Virus record (IMG/VR): IMGVR_UViG_3300017605_001304
Span: 85,156-149,155 of that record
Strand: one strand, 5' to 3'
Origin: a virus
Length of the DNA: 64,000 bases
Within the stretch, counting starts at the first letter, position 1. Each line of letters starts with the position of its first letter. A program made the translations under genes and the position numbers. Positions 19,196-28,037 of the stretch are shown in pieces. Under the pieces are notes generated by a model, which saw only the letters and a list, made by a program, of their open reading frames with translations, did not search any database and was not told where the DNA came from.

Positions 19196-19624
19196 TCAGG
19201 ACGTGGTGACGATGTTGCTGATTCCCGTAAGACGCGCCTTGATCGTGCAAGACGAGCTCGTCACGGTGCCGGTGCCCTGCACCGAGACCTGGATGTGCGT
19301 GTCCTGCACCGACAGCGGCGCCACCTGGATCTGCAGGTCGTCCGCCGAGGTATCGCACGTCCGGTCGTACTCATGCGCGATGAAGTACGTGGTGCCACCG
19401 TCGTTGCTGATCTGCACCTGAATGATCATGTTGGTGAGCGAGCCGAGCGTGAACGTGATCTGGATCGTCGCACCGGTCGTGCGCAGCGTGCCGGGGTTGA
19501 CCCCCCACGTCGCCGCGCCCGCGTGCTCCAGGTCGAGCGCCGAGCTGAGGACCGCACCGGTCGTCAGGATCGCCGCCGCCCGCAGCGTCTGATACGCACC
19601 GATCGCCGCATTGGTCGTTGCCAT
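19196..19624 (-). CDS. Small beta-sandwich virion (decoration-like) protein
   Basis: VQISNDGGTTYF motif, T/S/A/G-rich; resembles its neighbour. Confidence 0.55.
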   Translation of the reverse strand: MATTNAAIGAYQTLRAAAILTTGAVLSSALDLEHAGAATWGVNPGTLRTTGATIQITFTLGSLTNMIIQVQISNDGGTTYFIAHEYDRTCDTSADDLQIQVAPLSVQDTHIQVSVQGTGTVTSSSCTIKARLTGISNIVTTS

Positions 19625-19636
19625 GTAGAAAGCTCC

Positions 19637-20041
19637 TTAGCTCACGAGGACCGGGACCGGCGCGCGATCGAAGCGGGCCTGGACCACAAGAGTTGAACCC
19701 GTACCCGCGGCCTTGGCCGTGATGCGAACCCGACGGGCCGCCGAGCCAGCAATCGCGCCGAGGTTGACCACGACACGCCACTTCTCGTTGGCGCCGATGT
19801 CCGCGCCCACGGTGGTGTTCGTCGTGCCACGAATCGTGTCCGGGCAGATGAACCACGTGGCCCCGCCGTCATCGCTCACGTCGACGTGGTACTCGTTCAG
19901 CGCATCCGTCGAGAACGTGAACGTGTTGTAGACGTACAGATAGTGCGCGCCCTTGCTGAGCAGGGTCGTCGAGAACTTCTGGGACGCGGACGTCGCGCCG
20001 CTCATGACCGTCGTCAGAGAGCCGAATGCCTCATTGGCCAT
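19637..20041 (-). CDS. Small beta-sandwich virion (decoration-like) protein
   Basis: VDVSDDGGATWF...RVRITA motif. Confidence 0.55.
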   Translation of the reverse strand: MANEAFGSLTTVMSGATSASQKFSTTLLSKGAHYLYVYNTFTFSTDALNEYHVDVSDDGGATWFICPDTIRGTTNTTVGADIGANEKWRVVVNLGAIAGSAARRVRITAKAAGTGSTLVVQARFDRAPVPVLVS

Positions 20042-20044
20042 TGC

Positions 20045-20428
20045 TTATCTCCTATGATTGATGCGATGGAGCGGCGGCTGGTCGTCGAATGGACTCTGCC
20101 ACTGCAGTTCCTCGAACGGGACACGCGACCCGAAGGTCGCGGACGCCAGTCCCTCGATCTCCATCGCGCGGACATCTTCAGGCTGGTCGTCGGGAACGAC
20201 GATGTTGTGGTGCAGCAAGTCGTAGGACACGCGCCGTCGGTTCCAGACGAAGTCGACGACACGTGACGCGTTCGGGCACCCGAGCGCCGCGAGCCACTCG
20301 CTGAGCTCGCTGTGCGACAGCACGTAGCTGTCGTTCAGCAATCTGACTTCGATCTCGTCGGAGTCCGGCAGGTGGTCCAACTCGAACGTCGCGAAGCCCT
20401 TGGTCGGCGGCTTGAGCCGATAGAACAT
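20045..20428 (-). CDS. Hypothetical protein
   Basis: AGGAG SD, coupled to upstream stop. Confidence 0.6.
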   Translation of the reverse strand: MFYRLKPPTKGFATFELDHLPDSDEIEVRLLNDSYVLSHSELSEWLAALGCPNASRVVDFVWNRRRVSYDLLHHNIVVPDDQPEDVRAMEIEGLASATFGSRVPFEELQWQSPFDDQPPLHRINHRR

Positions 20429-21522
20429 CAGTCCTTCTCCTCGTCGGTGTCCGACTTGAGCTCCTCCGGCTCCTCGTCCTCCTCGTCGGAGGACCCCTCC
20501 AGGTCCGGAAGCTCGGACGCCGTTTCCATGTCTCCGTCGATCTCCATGGGCTCCATGCCCATCGGAGGCTCCGGCATCACCGGGTCGACCGAGACGATGC
20601 TGCTCGCGGTCGCCGGGATCGATGCGCCGTTGACGTCGAGGATCCAGCCGTCGGCACCCCGCTTGACTGCGAGGCCCGTCTTATGGTTGCCGGCGGCGTC
20701 CTTCACCGTGACGTTGTCGCCGGACTGGATCGACATCAGCAGTGCGTCCGTCTCGGTGAGGATGTCCCCCGAGAGGACCTTGTCGAGCGCCGTCTGGGGA
20801 GCCATGCCGGCCTCGACCAGCCGCAGGCCAAGCCCCACACGCCGGCCCGCCAGCGTCGGATCGTGCTTGCTTTCAGTCATGCCGTAATGGCTCCTGTAAC
20901 AGTCGGCGTTGCAAAACGCCTTGTGGTCCTTCCAGCTCACGTTGCGCGTGAGCGGATTCTCGTGACCGTAGGTGTAGACCTTGCCCTCGCGCGAGCAGCC
21001 AGAGCACTGGCCCTGGTGACGCATCGGCTTGCGCACGAGCCGACCCGAGACAGCCGGAACAGAGGTCGTCGCGCTCGAAGGCCCGCCGCCGAGCAGTGAT
21101 GCGGACTTCGGGCCCATGTCGAGCTTGCTGGCCTCTTTCACGTCCGTCTCCTTGGAGTCGTCCGACTTCTTCTTGTTGGCAGCGCCGAGCGCCTTGCCCA
21201 TGTTGGCTTCGTCGTCCCCGTTCTCGGCGTCGGAGACGTACTCGTCCCATGCGTCGCCCGCTTCCTGGTCCGTCTTGAACGGTTCGACGGTGACGAAGCC
21301 TTCCTTGTCCTCGATCACGATCGCGGCCACGGTGTTGTCGTAGCCGTGGCCCGCCTGATCGAGCTCTTTCCGAGTCTCGTCGTCCAAGGCCAGCAACGTC
21401 GCCTGCCAGCCGTTGGTCTTCGTGTCGCCAACCTTGGCAGCGTCGTCGGTTTTCATCGCGATCGCGTGGAGCATCTTCTCCACGTTGTCGCCGTAGCGCC
21501 CCGTGGTTGGCTCGTACTGCAT
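20428..21522 (-). CDS. Modular head-associated protein (acidic module, CxxC...FCxxxC Zn module, acidic tail)
   Basis: ATG 21522; IEDKEGFVTVEPF module; VKEA| junction; CSGC...FCNADC; MTES| and LTET| junctions. Confidence 0.65.
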   Translation of the reverse strand: MQYEPTTGRYGDNVEKMLHAIAMKTDDAAKVGDTKTNGWQATLLALDDETRKELDQAGHGYDNTVAAIVIEDKEGFVTVEPFKTDQEAGDAWDEYVSDAENGDDEANMGKALGAANKKKSDDSKETDVKEASKLDMGPKSASLLGGGPSSATTSVPAVSGRLVRKPMRHQGQCSGCSREGKVYTYGHENPLTRNVSWKDHKAFCNADCYRSHYGMTESKHDPTLAGRRVGLGLRLVEAGMAPQTALDKVLSGDILTETDALLMSIQSGDNVTVKDAAGNHKTGLAVKRGADGWILDVNGASIPATASSIVSVDPVMPEPPMGMEPMEIDGDMETASELPDLEGSSDEEDEEPEELKSDTDEEKD

Positions 21523-21872
21523 CAGGGGGCGTCCGCGAGCTTGATCGTCTGGCCCTCGGTGACGCCGCAATCCGCCCAGCACTTGCCGAGGTCAGGCAGG
21601 TCGTAGTACGTGCCCGTGCCGCCGTCGAAGCGGACCTTGATCTTCGCCTTGTTGTTGGTCGCAGCAGCCCACGCGGTTGAGCCGGGGAGGATGCCGAGGC
21701 GCGAGAGGATGTTCTGCATCTCCAGGATGATTGGGCGATTCGGGGAGATGCCGACGATGAACGTCGCAGCGGTGCTAAACCCGGTGACCCCGGTCGCGTC
21801 GACCGTGATGTACTTCGTACCGATGGTCCCAGCGATGTGGCTGGTACCGATACCGATCTGGGGGGCAGCCAT
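21522..21872 (-). CDS. Hypothetical protein, possibly virion
   Basis: GAGGAG SD; coupled to the next gene. Confidence 0.6.
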   Translation of the reverse strand: MAAPQIGIGTSHIAGTIGTKYITVDATGVTGFSTAATFIVGISPNRPIILEMQNILSRLGILPGSTAWAAATNNKAKIKVRFDGGTGTYYDLPDLGKCWADCGVTEGQTIKLADAP

Positions 21873-21935
21873 GTCTGGGGCTCCTCAACGTCCCTCCCCC
21901 ACGTCTGAGGTGGAGGAGGGACACCGGAAAACAAC

Positions 21936-22223
21936 TCAGCTCGGCAGCGTGCCCGTCGGGGGCTGCCACGTCGCGAGCTTGTCCGCGAGGGCCGCCGCGG
22001 TGACGTTGTCGAACTCGATCATCACCCACGTCTTGCCCGTCGGGACCGTACCCGCCGCCGAGCCCGCGATCTGGAAGAACACCTTGCGGTTCGGGTCCAG
22101 CGCGTACAGCGCGGACGCCTTCTGGGCACCGCCGCGGTTCGCGATCGCTTCCGTCACGATCCGCACCAACTGCTGGCCAAGGATGTTCGTCGTCGTCGAA
22201 AGAACGTCCGCCATGTGACTCAA
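21936..22223 (-). CDS. Hypothetical protein
   Basis: AGGAG SD; GC3-biased coding. Confidence 0.55.
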   Translation of the reverse strand: MSHMADVLSTTTNILGQQLVRIVTEAIANRGGAQKASALYALDPNRKVFFQIAGSAAGTVPTGKTWVMIEFDNVTAAALADKLATWQPPTGTLPS

Positions 22224-22732
22224 GCTCCTGTCATTTGCCGCTCAGAGAGCAGCAGCCGTTCACGCAACTCTCGAACACGCACTGGATCACGATGGGCCTC
22301 CGAGAGTCGCGTGAGGACACGCACCGCGAGCGCGTGATCCTGGGAACTCAGAAGCGGACCCACCGCTGCCCCAGACTTTGTTTTCGCTTCGTAGCGCGAG
22401 AGGTACTCGTCGTACGACTCGTGCTTCGCCTTCTTGAAGGTCTTCGCGAGACTGCAGCGCTTAGCAGTCGTGCCGGTATGTTTGCCGGCGCAGAACTGCG
22501 AAACGGTCTCGCCTGCGCTCTGGGCCTGCTTCGTGAGCGCGCCCTTCTTCAGCTTGAGCTTCTGCATCCACTTCGCTTCCGTCGTGCTGCGCAGCGAATA
22601 GGGCTGCCGCGGCTTCGGAGGCGGGTCGTCGTAGTCCACGTAGTAGTACGTGTAGACCGCGCTCTCTTGCAGGACCTTGGCGGGCGCAGCGCCATTCGCC
22701 ACGGCCTCGATGGCTTTGTCGAGTGGGTCCAT
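22220..22732 (-). CDS. Small modular protein with basic KWMQK...KKGAL...LAKTFKK module
   Basis: MDPLDKAIEAVANGAAPAKVLQES|...TTEA|KWMQKLKLKKGALTKQA...KRCSLAKTFKKAKHES|. Confidence 0.65.
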   Translation of the reverse strand: MDPLDKAIEAVANGAAPAKVLQESAVYTYYYVDYDDPPPKPRQPYSLRSTTEAKWMQKLKLKKGALTKQAQSAGETVSQFCAGKHTGTTAKRCSLAKTFKKAKHESYDEYLSRYEAKTKSGAAVGPLLSSQDHALAVRVLTRLSEAHRDPVRVRELRERLLLSERQMTGA

Positions 22733-22734
22733 GG

Positions 22735-23151
22735 TTACTTCCCCGCAAGCCAAACGGATGCACGGGTCACCGTGCCGAATGACACGATGTCGAGCTTGAC
22801 CTGCTTCAGCCCTTGGCCGTCGATCGCCGCAAGCCCGGTACATCCCGAGAGCACGGACGGAAAGGACGTGTGGTTCGCCGCGCCACCACCAGTAAATGTG
22901 CCCACCTGCGACGTGCCAGTCGTGTCAGACACGGCGGTGAACGTCAGGCCCTGGATGAGCTGATGGTTGTTGCCGTCCGAGCTAAGCCAGCGGACGCGCA
23001 GGACCACCGTGCCCGACGCGCCGTTGGTCTCGACCTTGACCAGGATTCCGTTGCTGATCGCATCCAGCGTGTAGGTGTTCGCGCCCGAGCCGGCGGTGGC
23101 GTCGTTGAACTCTTTCTGGAAGACGTTCCGCGCCAAGTTCAGTGCGGCCAT
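22735..23151 (-). CDS. RNxFQKEF-family decoration-like protein (copy 1)
   Basis: RNVFQKEF...NTYTLDAISNGILVKVE...VLRVRWLSSDG...VWLAG. Confidence 0.7.
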   Translation of the reverse strand: MAALNLARNVFQKEFNDATAGSGANTYTLDAISNGILVKVETNGASGTVVLRVRWLSSDGNNHQLIQGLTFTAVSDTTGTSQVGTFTGGGAANHTSFPSVLSGCTGLAAIDGQGLKQVKLDIVSFGTVTRASVWLAGK

Positions 23152-23179
23152 TTACAGCTCCTGAGATAGACGTCCACGA

Positions 23180-23614
23180 CTAGTTCCCCGCGACCCAGAC
23201 TGAACAGGCGGTGACGCTGCCCGTGAATGAGACCACGTCAATCCGGACTCGGTGCATTCCGTAAGAAGGAATGGCCGCCAGCCCGGTCGCGCCCGCCAAC
23301 AGTGCGGGGAAGGTGTCGTGGTCTCCACCCGCCTGCGAGGCCCCGGTCGTGTCGGTGGTCGAGGTGAAGGTCAGGCCCTGCTGGACCTGATAGTTGCCGC
23401 CATCGCTGCTGTACCACCGCAAGCGCAGGATGACCGTCCCTGACGCGTTGTTACATTCCACCTTGAGCAGGATGCCCGTGCTGAGCGCGTCGAGGACATA
23501 CGTGTTCATCCCCGGGGCCGCGCCCGACGTTGTGAATTCTTTCTGGAATGTGCCACGCAGAAGTGGCGGAGATGCAGTGATGAATACGTCTGCGCCCAGG
23601 TTTAGCGTGGGCAT
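23180..23614 (-). CDS. RNxFQKEF-family decoration-like protein (copy 2)
   Basis: RGTFQKEF...NTYVLDALSTGILLKVE...ILRLRWYSSDG...VWVAG. Confidence 0.7.
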   Translation of the reverse strand: MPTLNLGADVFITASPPLLRGTFQKEFTTSGAAPGMNTYVLDALSTGILLKVECNNASGTVILRLRWYSSDGGNYQVQQGLTFTSTTDTTGASQAGGDHDTFPALLAGATGLAAIPSYGMHRVRIDVVSFTGSVTACSVWVAGN

Positions 23615-23911
23615 TTAGGCGCTCTCCTCGTGCCCCCGTGTCTTCTCGGGGTACTTCTGCAGGTACATATCCAGCAGTCGACGAAAGAGGTCGTTCTGCT
23701 CCGCGGTGTAACGCTTCGTCAATGCGAAGCTCCGCGCATTCGTGAAGATGTGCCCGCCGACCTGCTTGTGCCAATCGAGGAAGTGAATCAGGTCCTCGCC
23801 GATCTTCAGGTCTCGCAGCGAGACGCTGCCCGGCTGATCCAGCCCGCGCCACTTGCCACCACGGGTGGGCGGCAGGACGTCCCGTTCGGGACGATCGTCA
23901 GGAAGCGCCAC
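23615..23911 (-). CDS. Hypothetical protein
   Basis: GGAGG SD, GTG start. Confidence 0.55.
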   Translation of the reverse strand: MALPDDRPERDVLPPTRGGKWRGLDQPGSVSLRDLKIGEDLIHFLDWHKQVGGHIFTNARSFALTKRYTAEQNDLFRRLLDMYLQKYPEKTRGHEESA

Positions 23912-24083
23912 GGCCGCCTCCGAGCTGCGGGTAGACCTGCAGCAAGGCGCGCGTCAACGCGCCCCAGTCCACGTCATTGGTCATGACGAGGTCCAAGTGA
24001 TAGGTCGCGAGCTCCGCAGGCTTCTCGCTCTCCTCGAAGAACTGCTTGACGAGCGCAGCCGCAATCTTTCGAGAAGAGGGCAT
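23898..24083 (-). CDS. Small hypothetical protein with tag-like N-terminus
   Basis: MPSSRKIAAALVKQFFEES; GAGG SD. Confidence 0.55.
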   Translation of the reverse strand: MPSSRKIAAALVKQFFEESEKPAELATYHLDLVMTNDVDWGALTRALLQVYPQLGGGRGAS

Positions 24084-24089
24084 GAGACC

Positions 24090-24608
24090 TCACTTGATCT
24101 CGGCGTGCACCGAGTAGCGGTTGAAGGCCGGGGATTCCCAGCTCATCGTAACCGAAAGGTTGGTCGGGATGGGGTTGCCTGTGCAGTCGGGGTTGTTCTT
24201 GCCGACCGCGAAGGTCGCGGACTTGGCGTCCGCTTCGAAGGCGTCAGCCTGCAGCGCCTCCATCGGGCAGAGGCCACGCGCCGCCAGGATCGCCACGGCC
24301 TTGCCGTACGCGTAGCGCGGGTTCTGGACGAAGGCTTGGCCGTCGAGCCCCGCGTTCAGGAAGGCGAGCTGCAGGCCCTGCTTGATCGCGTCGGGGAGCG
24401 ACTCCTGCGGAGGCGTCGGCTCGTTGGCACGCTTGTCCTTCTCCGGCGTCGAGAGCTTGTCGCCCTTGCCGTAGTAGTTCTGGTCGATCTTCTGGCTCAG
24501 GTTCGGCTTGTCCTTCGCCTTCTTGGCGTCGTTGGACACGGCGTCCGTCAGGACGAGACGTTCGACGAAGTTCAGGACGATGTTCGCCTTGGGCCCGATC
24601 TCACTCAT
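24090..24608 (-). CDS. Hypothetical protein
   Basis: GGAGG SD lies in the upstream gene end; GC3-biased. Confidence 0.65.
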   Translation of the reverse strand: MSEIGPKANIVLNFVERLVLTDAVSNDAKKAKDKPNLSQKIDQNYYGKGDKLSTPEKDKRANEPTPPQESLPDAIKQGLQLAFLNAGLDGQAFVQNPRYAYGKAVAILAARGLCPMEALQADAFEADAKSATFAVGKNNPDCTGNPIPTNLSVTMSWESPAFNRYSVHAEIK

Positions 24609-26262
24609 GTCGACCTCCCTGCAGACCCCGGAAGAGTCGGGCTGCGATGTTGCGGACGGACTCCTTGACCGGTTCCTTGTCCTTGTACAGCAGCGGCTGC
24701 TTGCCGGACTTCACGGGCGCGTCCTTGGCCGCTTGCCGATCCACGGTATCGATCTCGACGTCCGGCCCGTACTCCTGGTGGATCCAGTCCTCGATCTCTC
24801 GATCGTTGTAGTCGTAGCCATCGGGCGTCTTGACCGTCTCGAAGTCTTCCCCGAAGACCTCGCGGCCCAGGAAGCGACCATCCTTGGTGTAGATGAAGCG
24901 GATCTCGGGCTGCGAGTCCTGCTTAAAGAACTCGATGTGGCCTCGTCTATCTTTATAGGATCCGCGGTCCTTCAGCAGGTGCCAGTAGATGTTCTCGGCA
25001 GCGAAGTCCTTGATCACCTTATCGTTGTCTTCCCACTCGTTAGGAATACTCTCCATCGTCGGGTGCTGACCGTCCAAGAAGAACCAGTACGTCGAGGTGT
25101 TGTCCGCGCCCCAAAGATGTTCATGCTCACAATCTTGACAATAGTTCTGCCCGCAGTATTCGCAGTTATAGATGTCCTCGGGATCAAAGCTGTCCCCGCA
25201 GCCAGAGCACTCCTCCGTCTCATGATCCACCCAGAATCTCCCGCCGTGCGCATCCTGAATCCGCCGCTGCTGCTCCGACGTGAAGTCGTCCCACTCCAGC
25301 CCGCTGTCGTCCGACAAGCCGTTGACGCGGTTGGTGCAGAAGAGGTCCGCCAACTTCGCCAACGAGTCTTCGTCGTTGGGTTCCTTGTTCGACGGGCCAC
25401 GGATCTGCACCGCGCTCTTGTCGTCGACGTCGACCGTGATCAGCGGCCTCCAGATCTTCGTCTTCGGGTCCAAGGCCCGGTACGAGTAGAGCGTGCCCTC
25501 CCCTGCTCCACAGTGGTGCATCAGCTCACCTTCGAGATCCGACTCGCGACAGTCTAGGTGCACCCAAGCCGAGCCGTCGTCGTACTCAAGCACGATCTCG
25601 CCGAGATCACCCGCCTTGTTCGCGGACCGGATGTCGCCGCGTAGCTGAGCAGCGTACTTCTCACGGAGCTCGGCGACCCGATGTATGAGGCTTGCGGGGT
25701 TGGCCGCCTTTACGTCGAAGTTGATGTTGTCGAGGAGCGTGTCGATGTCGATCTTCGTCTTTTCCGCGATCTCGCCCAGTCCGCGGAGCCCGTCCTGCAG
25801 GTTGTCCTTCACCTGATAGAAATCAAGTGGCATCCAGTCCGCGTTCCACCCAAGGGCCACACAGAGCTTTGCGTAGTAATACTGCGTCGCGCTCACGATC
25901 GCCCGCCCTGCGGGATCTTCGCGGTTTTCCTTTGTGGAAGGCAGCGCGTGCCCGAGAATCTCTCGATACCGGTTCCACGCACCGAGGAGCATCCAACGAA
26001 ACGCCCAGATCGAGCGGTCGTAGCGCTTGAATTGCAGGGCCAGCTCTTCGCCGAGTTTGTAGAGCTGATCAGGATCCGAGAAGATGTTCGCGTTATTCGC
26101 CTGTCGCTTACGGAACTCACTCTCAGGCGGCAGTGCATCGATCATCGCCTTGATCTTCTGCACATGCTTCACGTACGTTGCGAACATGGCGCGCATGTCC
26201 GCCTGCGGGTTACGACCCTCGGCCAGCAGGCGCACGAAGATGTCGTAGACCCGAGCCATCAA
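24601..26262 (-). CDS. PcfJ-like domain + Zn-finger protein with C-terminal tag (paralog A)
   Basis: LEGELMHHCG...YSYR...PLITV...QIRGPSN (PcfJ pattern); CSGC...CEYC...CQDC; KESVRNIAARLF. Confidence 0.7.
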   Translation of the reverse strand: MMARVYDIFVRLLAEGRNPQADMRAMFATYVKHVQKIKAMIDALPPESEFRKRQANNANIFSDPDQLYKLGEELALQFKRYDRSIWAFRWMLLGAWNRYREILGHALPSTKENREDPAGRAIVSATQYYYAKLCVALGWNADWMPLDFYQVKDNLQDGLRGLGEIAEKTKIDIDTLLDNINFDVKAANPASLIHRVAELREKYAAQLRGDIRSANKAGDLGEIVLEYDDGSAWVHLDCRESDLEGELMHHCGAGEGTLYSYRALDPKTKIWRPLITVDVDDKSAVQIRGPSNKEPNDEDSLAKLADLFCTNRVNGLSDDSGLEWDDFTSEQQRRIQDAHGGRFWVDHETEECSGCGDSFDPEDIYNCEYCGQNYCQDCEHEHLWGADNTSTYWFFLDGQHPTMESIPNEWEDNDKVIKDFAAENIYWHLLKDRGSYKDRRGHIEFFKQDSQPEIRFIYTKDGRFLGREVFGEDFETVKTPDGYDYNDREIEDWIHQEYGPDVEIDTVDRQAAKDAPVKSGKQPLLYKDKEPVKESVRNIAARLFRGLQGGRHE

Positions 26263-28028
26263 CGGTCTCCCTGGAAGAGCCTCTTCGCGAGCGCTCGACT
26301 GGACTCCTTTTGCTGGTACAGGAGCGGCTGCTTCCCGGCCTTCACCGGAGCGTCGCGCTTCGCCTGCCGCGACTCGTCCTCGATGTCGACGTCCGGGCCG
26401 TACTGCTGGTAGACCCAGTAGTCGATGTCTGCCTTCGGGACGTTCGCGACGTAGCGCCGGCCTGGAACTCCCTCCGGCTCGTGCGACCGATACCAGTCAT
26501 CTTGACCAGAGAACTGCTCGATGCCGAGCAGTCGTCCATCATGCTTCGAGTAGATGAAGATGGTCTGCGGCGGGTCCTTGCCGTAGTACATCTCGACGTC
26601 TCTACGGGCCACGCCCTTCCAGTCAAAGTCGTACTTATTGTCTGGATTAGCGGCCATGTATTGAAACGCGTCGGTATCCGGCGTCTCGCCCTCATTATCG
26701 TTGTCGCCCCACTTCGTGGGAAGCAGTCCGTCCCACACCAACTGGCCGTCGACGTAGGCCCAGACTTGGATCGTATCGCCCCAGAGCTCGTCCTCCTCAT
26801 GACCACCGATACAATCGTTACAGTAGAGTTCGTCGCAGTATTCGCACTTGTTCAGCTCGTCCTCGTCGAACCGATCTCCGCAGCCCTCGCACTTCTCGCG
26901 GTTGTCCTCTTCCGGCTCGTTGTCGCCGTCATCAGCATCTTGCTCGCGGTGGCCGGGGTAAACGTGGCGAGAGTCGGTAAAGGTAAAGCCGGGGTTCTCG
27001 CTCTGGATCTTGGCGACCTGCTCCGGGGTGAAGTTGCTCTTCTGGACGTCGCCCCCGTACGTCGTCCCGCGCATCCACTTGGCGGTCGCGAGCAGGTCGG
27101 TGAGCTTCTCCCAGGCTTTCGGGTCGTCGTCGAGCACGGCGTTGGCCGACCCACGGAACTGCGCGACGCGGTGGTCGTGCGTCAGCCCGACGTTGTAGAC
27201 GGGCTGCCAGCCCTTGCCGCTCGGAGCCTTCTCGCGGTAGGAGAGCTGGTCCCCGCCCGACGAGCCGCCGCAGTGGTGCATCAACTCGCCTTCGAGATCC
27301 GACTGCGTGCACTTCAAGTTCAGCCAGACTGCTCCGTCCGGGTACTTGACGACGACCTCGCCGACAGCACCTTGCTTGTTCGCGGTGGTGATGTCGCCCA
27401 TGAGCTCGGCGCGGAAGTCCGCTTCGATCTTCTTATAGACAGAAGGCAGATGACTACTTGGCATCGGAACCACGAAGCCGCCCTTTGCCAGGATCGTGTC
27501 CACCGGCTGCGTCGTCTTCTTGTTCACCTTTTCAGCAATCTCAAGAATCGCCGTCAGTATTGCAGTAACTCTGTCCGTAGGCAGTGGCCCGTTACCTAGA
27601 GTCGGATCCACCCTGCGAACGATCGCAGCCACGGCTTCCATCAGGGAATTGTAAAACCCCTCCCATTCCACAGAATGGCTATTCGCTGCCCGCTGGACAC
27701 ATAGGTTATGAATAAGACGATTCACTACGATTGCAAGCATCCATCTCCACGCCTGAATCGCGTACGTATACGAACCGAGACGCTTACAGAGCTGAAACGC
27801 AACCTCGTCCTCCGGCTGGTCTACGTAGCGCCGCAAGGCGCCTAGCTCGTTTTGTAGCGCCTGCGTAAGAGGTTGATAATTAGGATCGCTATCGGCCTTC
27901 GCGAGCACCTCCGGCGTGAAGATCCTCTCGATCCGCCGGATGGCGGCGTGGCCGATCTCCCGCATGTCGGTAAAGGGATTCCGCCCCTCCAGCAGAGCTT
28001 GCAGGAAGAAGTCCTTGGGAGAGGCCAT
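26259..28028 (-). CDS. PcfJ-like domain + Zn-finger protein with C-terminal tag (paralog B)
   Basis: LEGELMHHCG...LSYR...QFRGSAN; CEGC...CEYC...CNDC; KESSRALAKRLF. Confidence 0.7.
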   Translation of the reverse strand: MASPKDFFLQALLEGRNPFTDMREIGHAAIRRIERIFTPEVLAKADSDPNYQPLTQALQNELGALRRYVDQPEDEVAFQLCKRLGSYTYAIQAWRWMLAIVVNRLIHNLCVQRAANSHSVEWEGFYNSLMEAVAAIVRRVDPTLGNGPLPTDRVTAILTAILEIAEKVNKKTTQPVDTILAKGGFVVPMPSSHLPSVYKKIEADFRAELMGDITTANKQGAVGEVVVKYPDGAVWLNLKCTQSDLEGELMHHCGGSSGGDQLSYREKAPSGKGWQPVYNVGLTHDHRVAQFRGSANAVLDDDPKAWEKLTDLLATAKWMRGTTYGGDVQKSNFTPEQVAKIQSENPGFTFTDSRHVYPGHREQDADDGDNEPEEDNREKCEGCGDRFDEDELNKCEYCDELYCNDCIGGHEEDELWGDTIQVWAYVDGQLVWDGLLPTKWGDNDNEGETPDTDAFQYMAANPDNKYDFDWKGVARRDVEMYYGKDPPQTIFIYSKHDGRLLGIEQFSGQDDWYRSHEPEGVPGRRYVANVPKADIDYWVYQQYGPDVDIEDESRQAKRDAPVKAGKQPLLYQQKESSRALAKRLFQGDR

Positions 28029-28037
28029 TCCGTCTCC

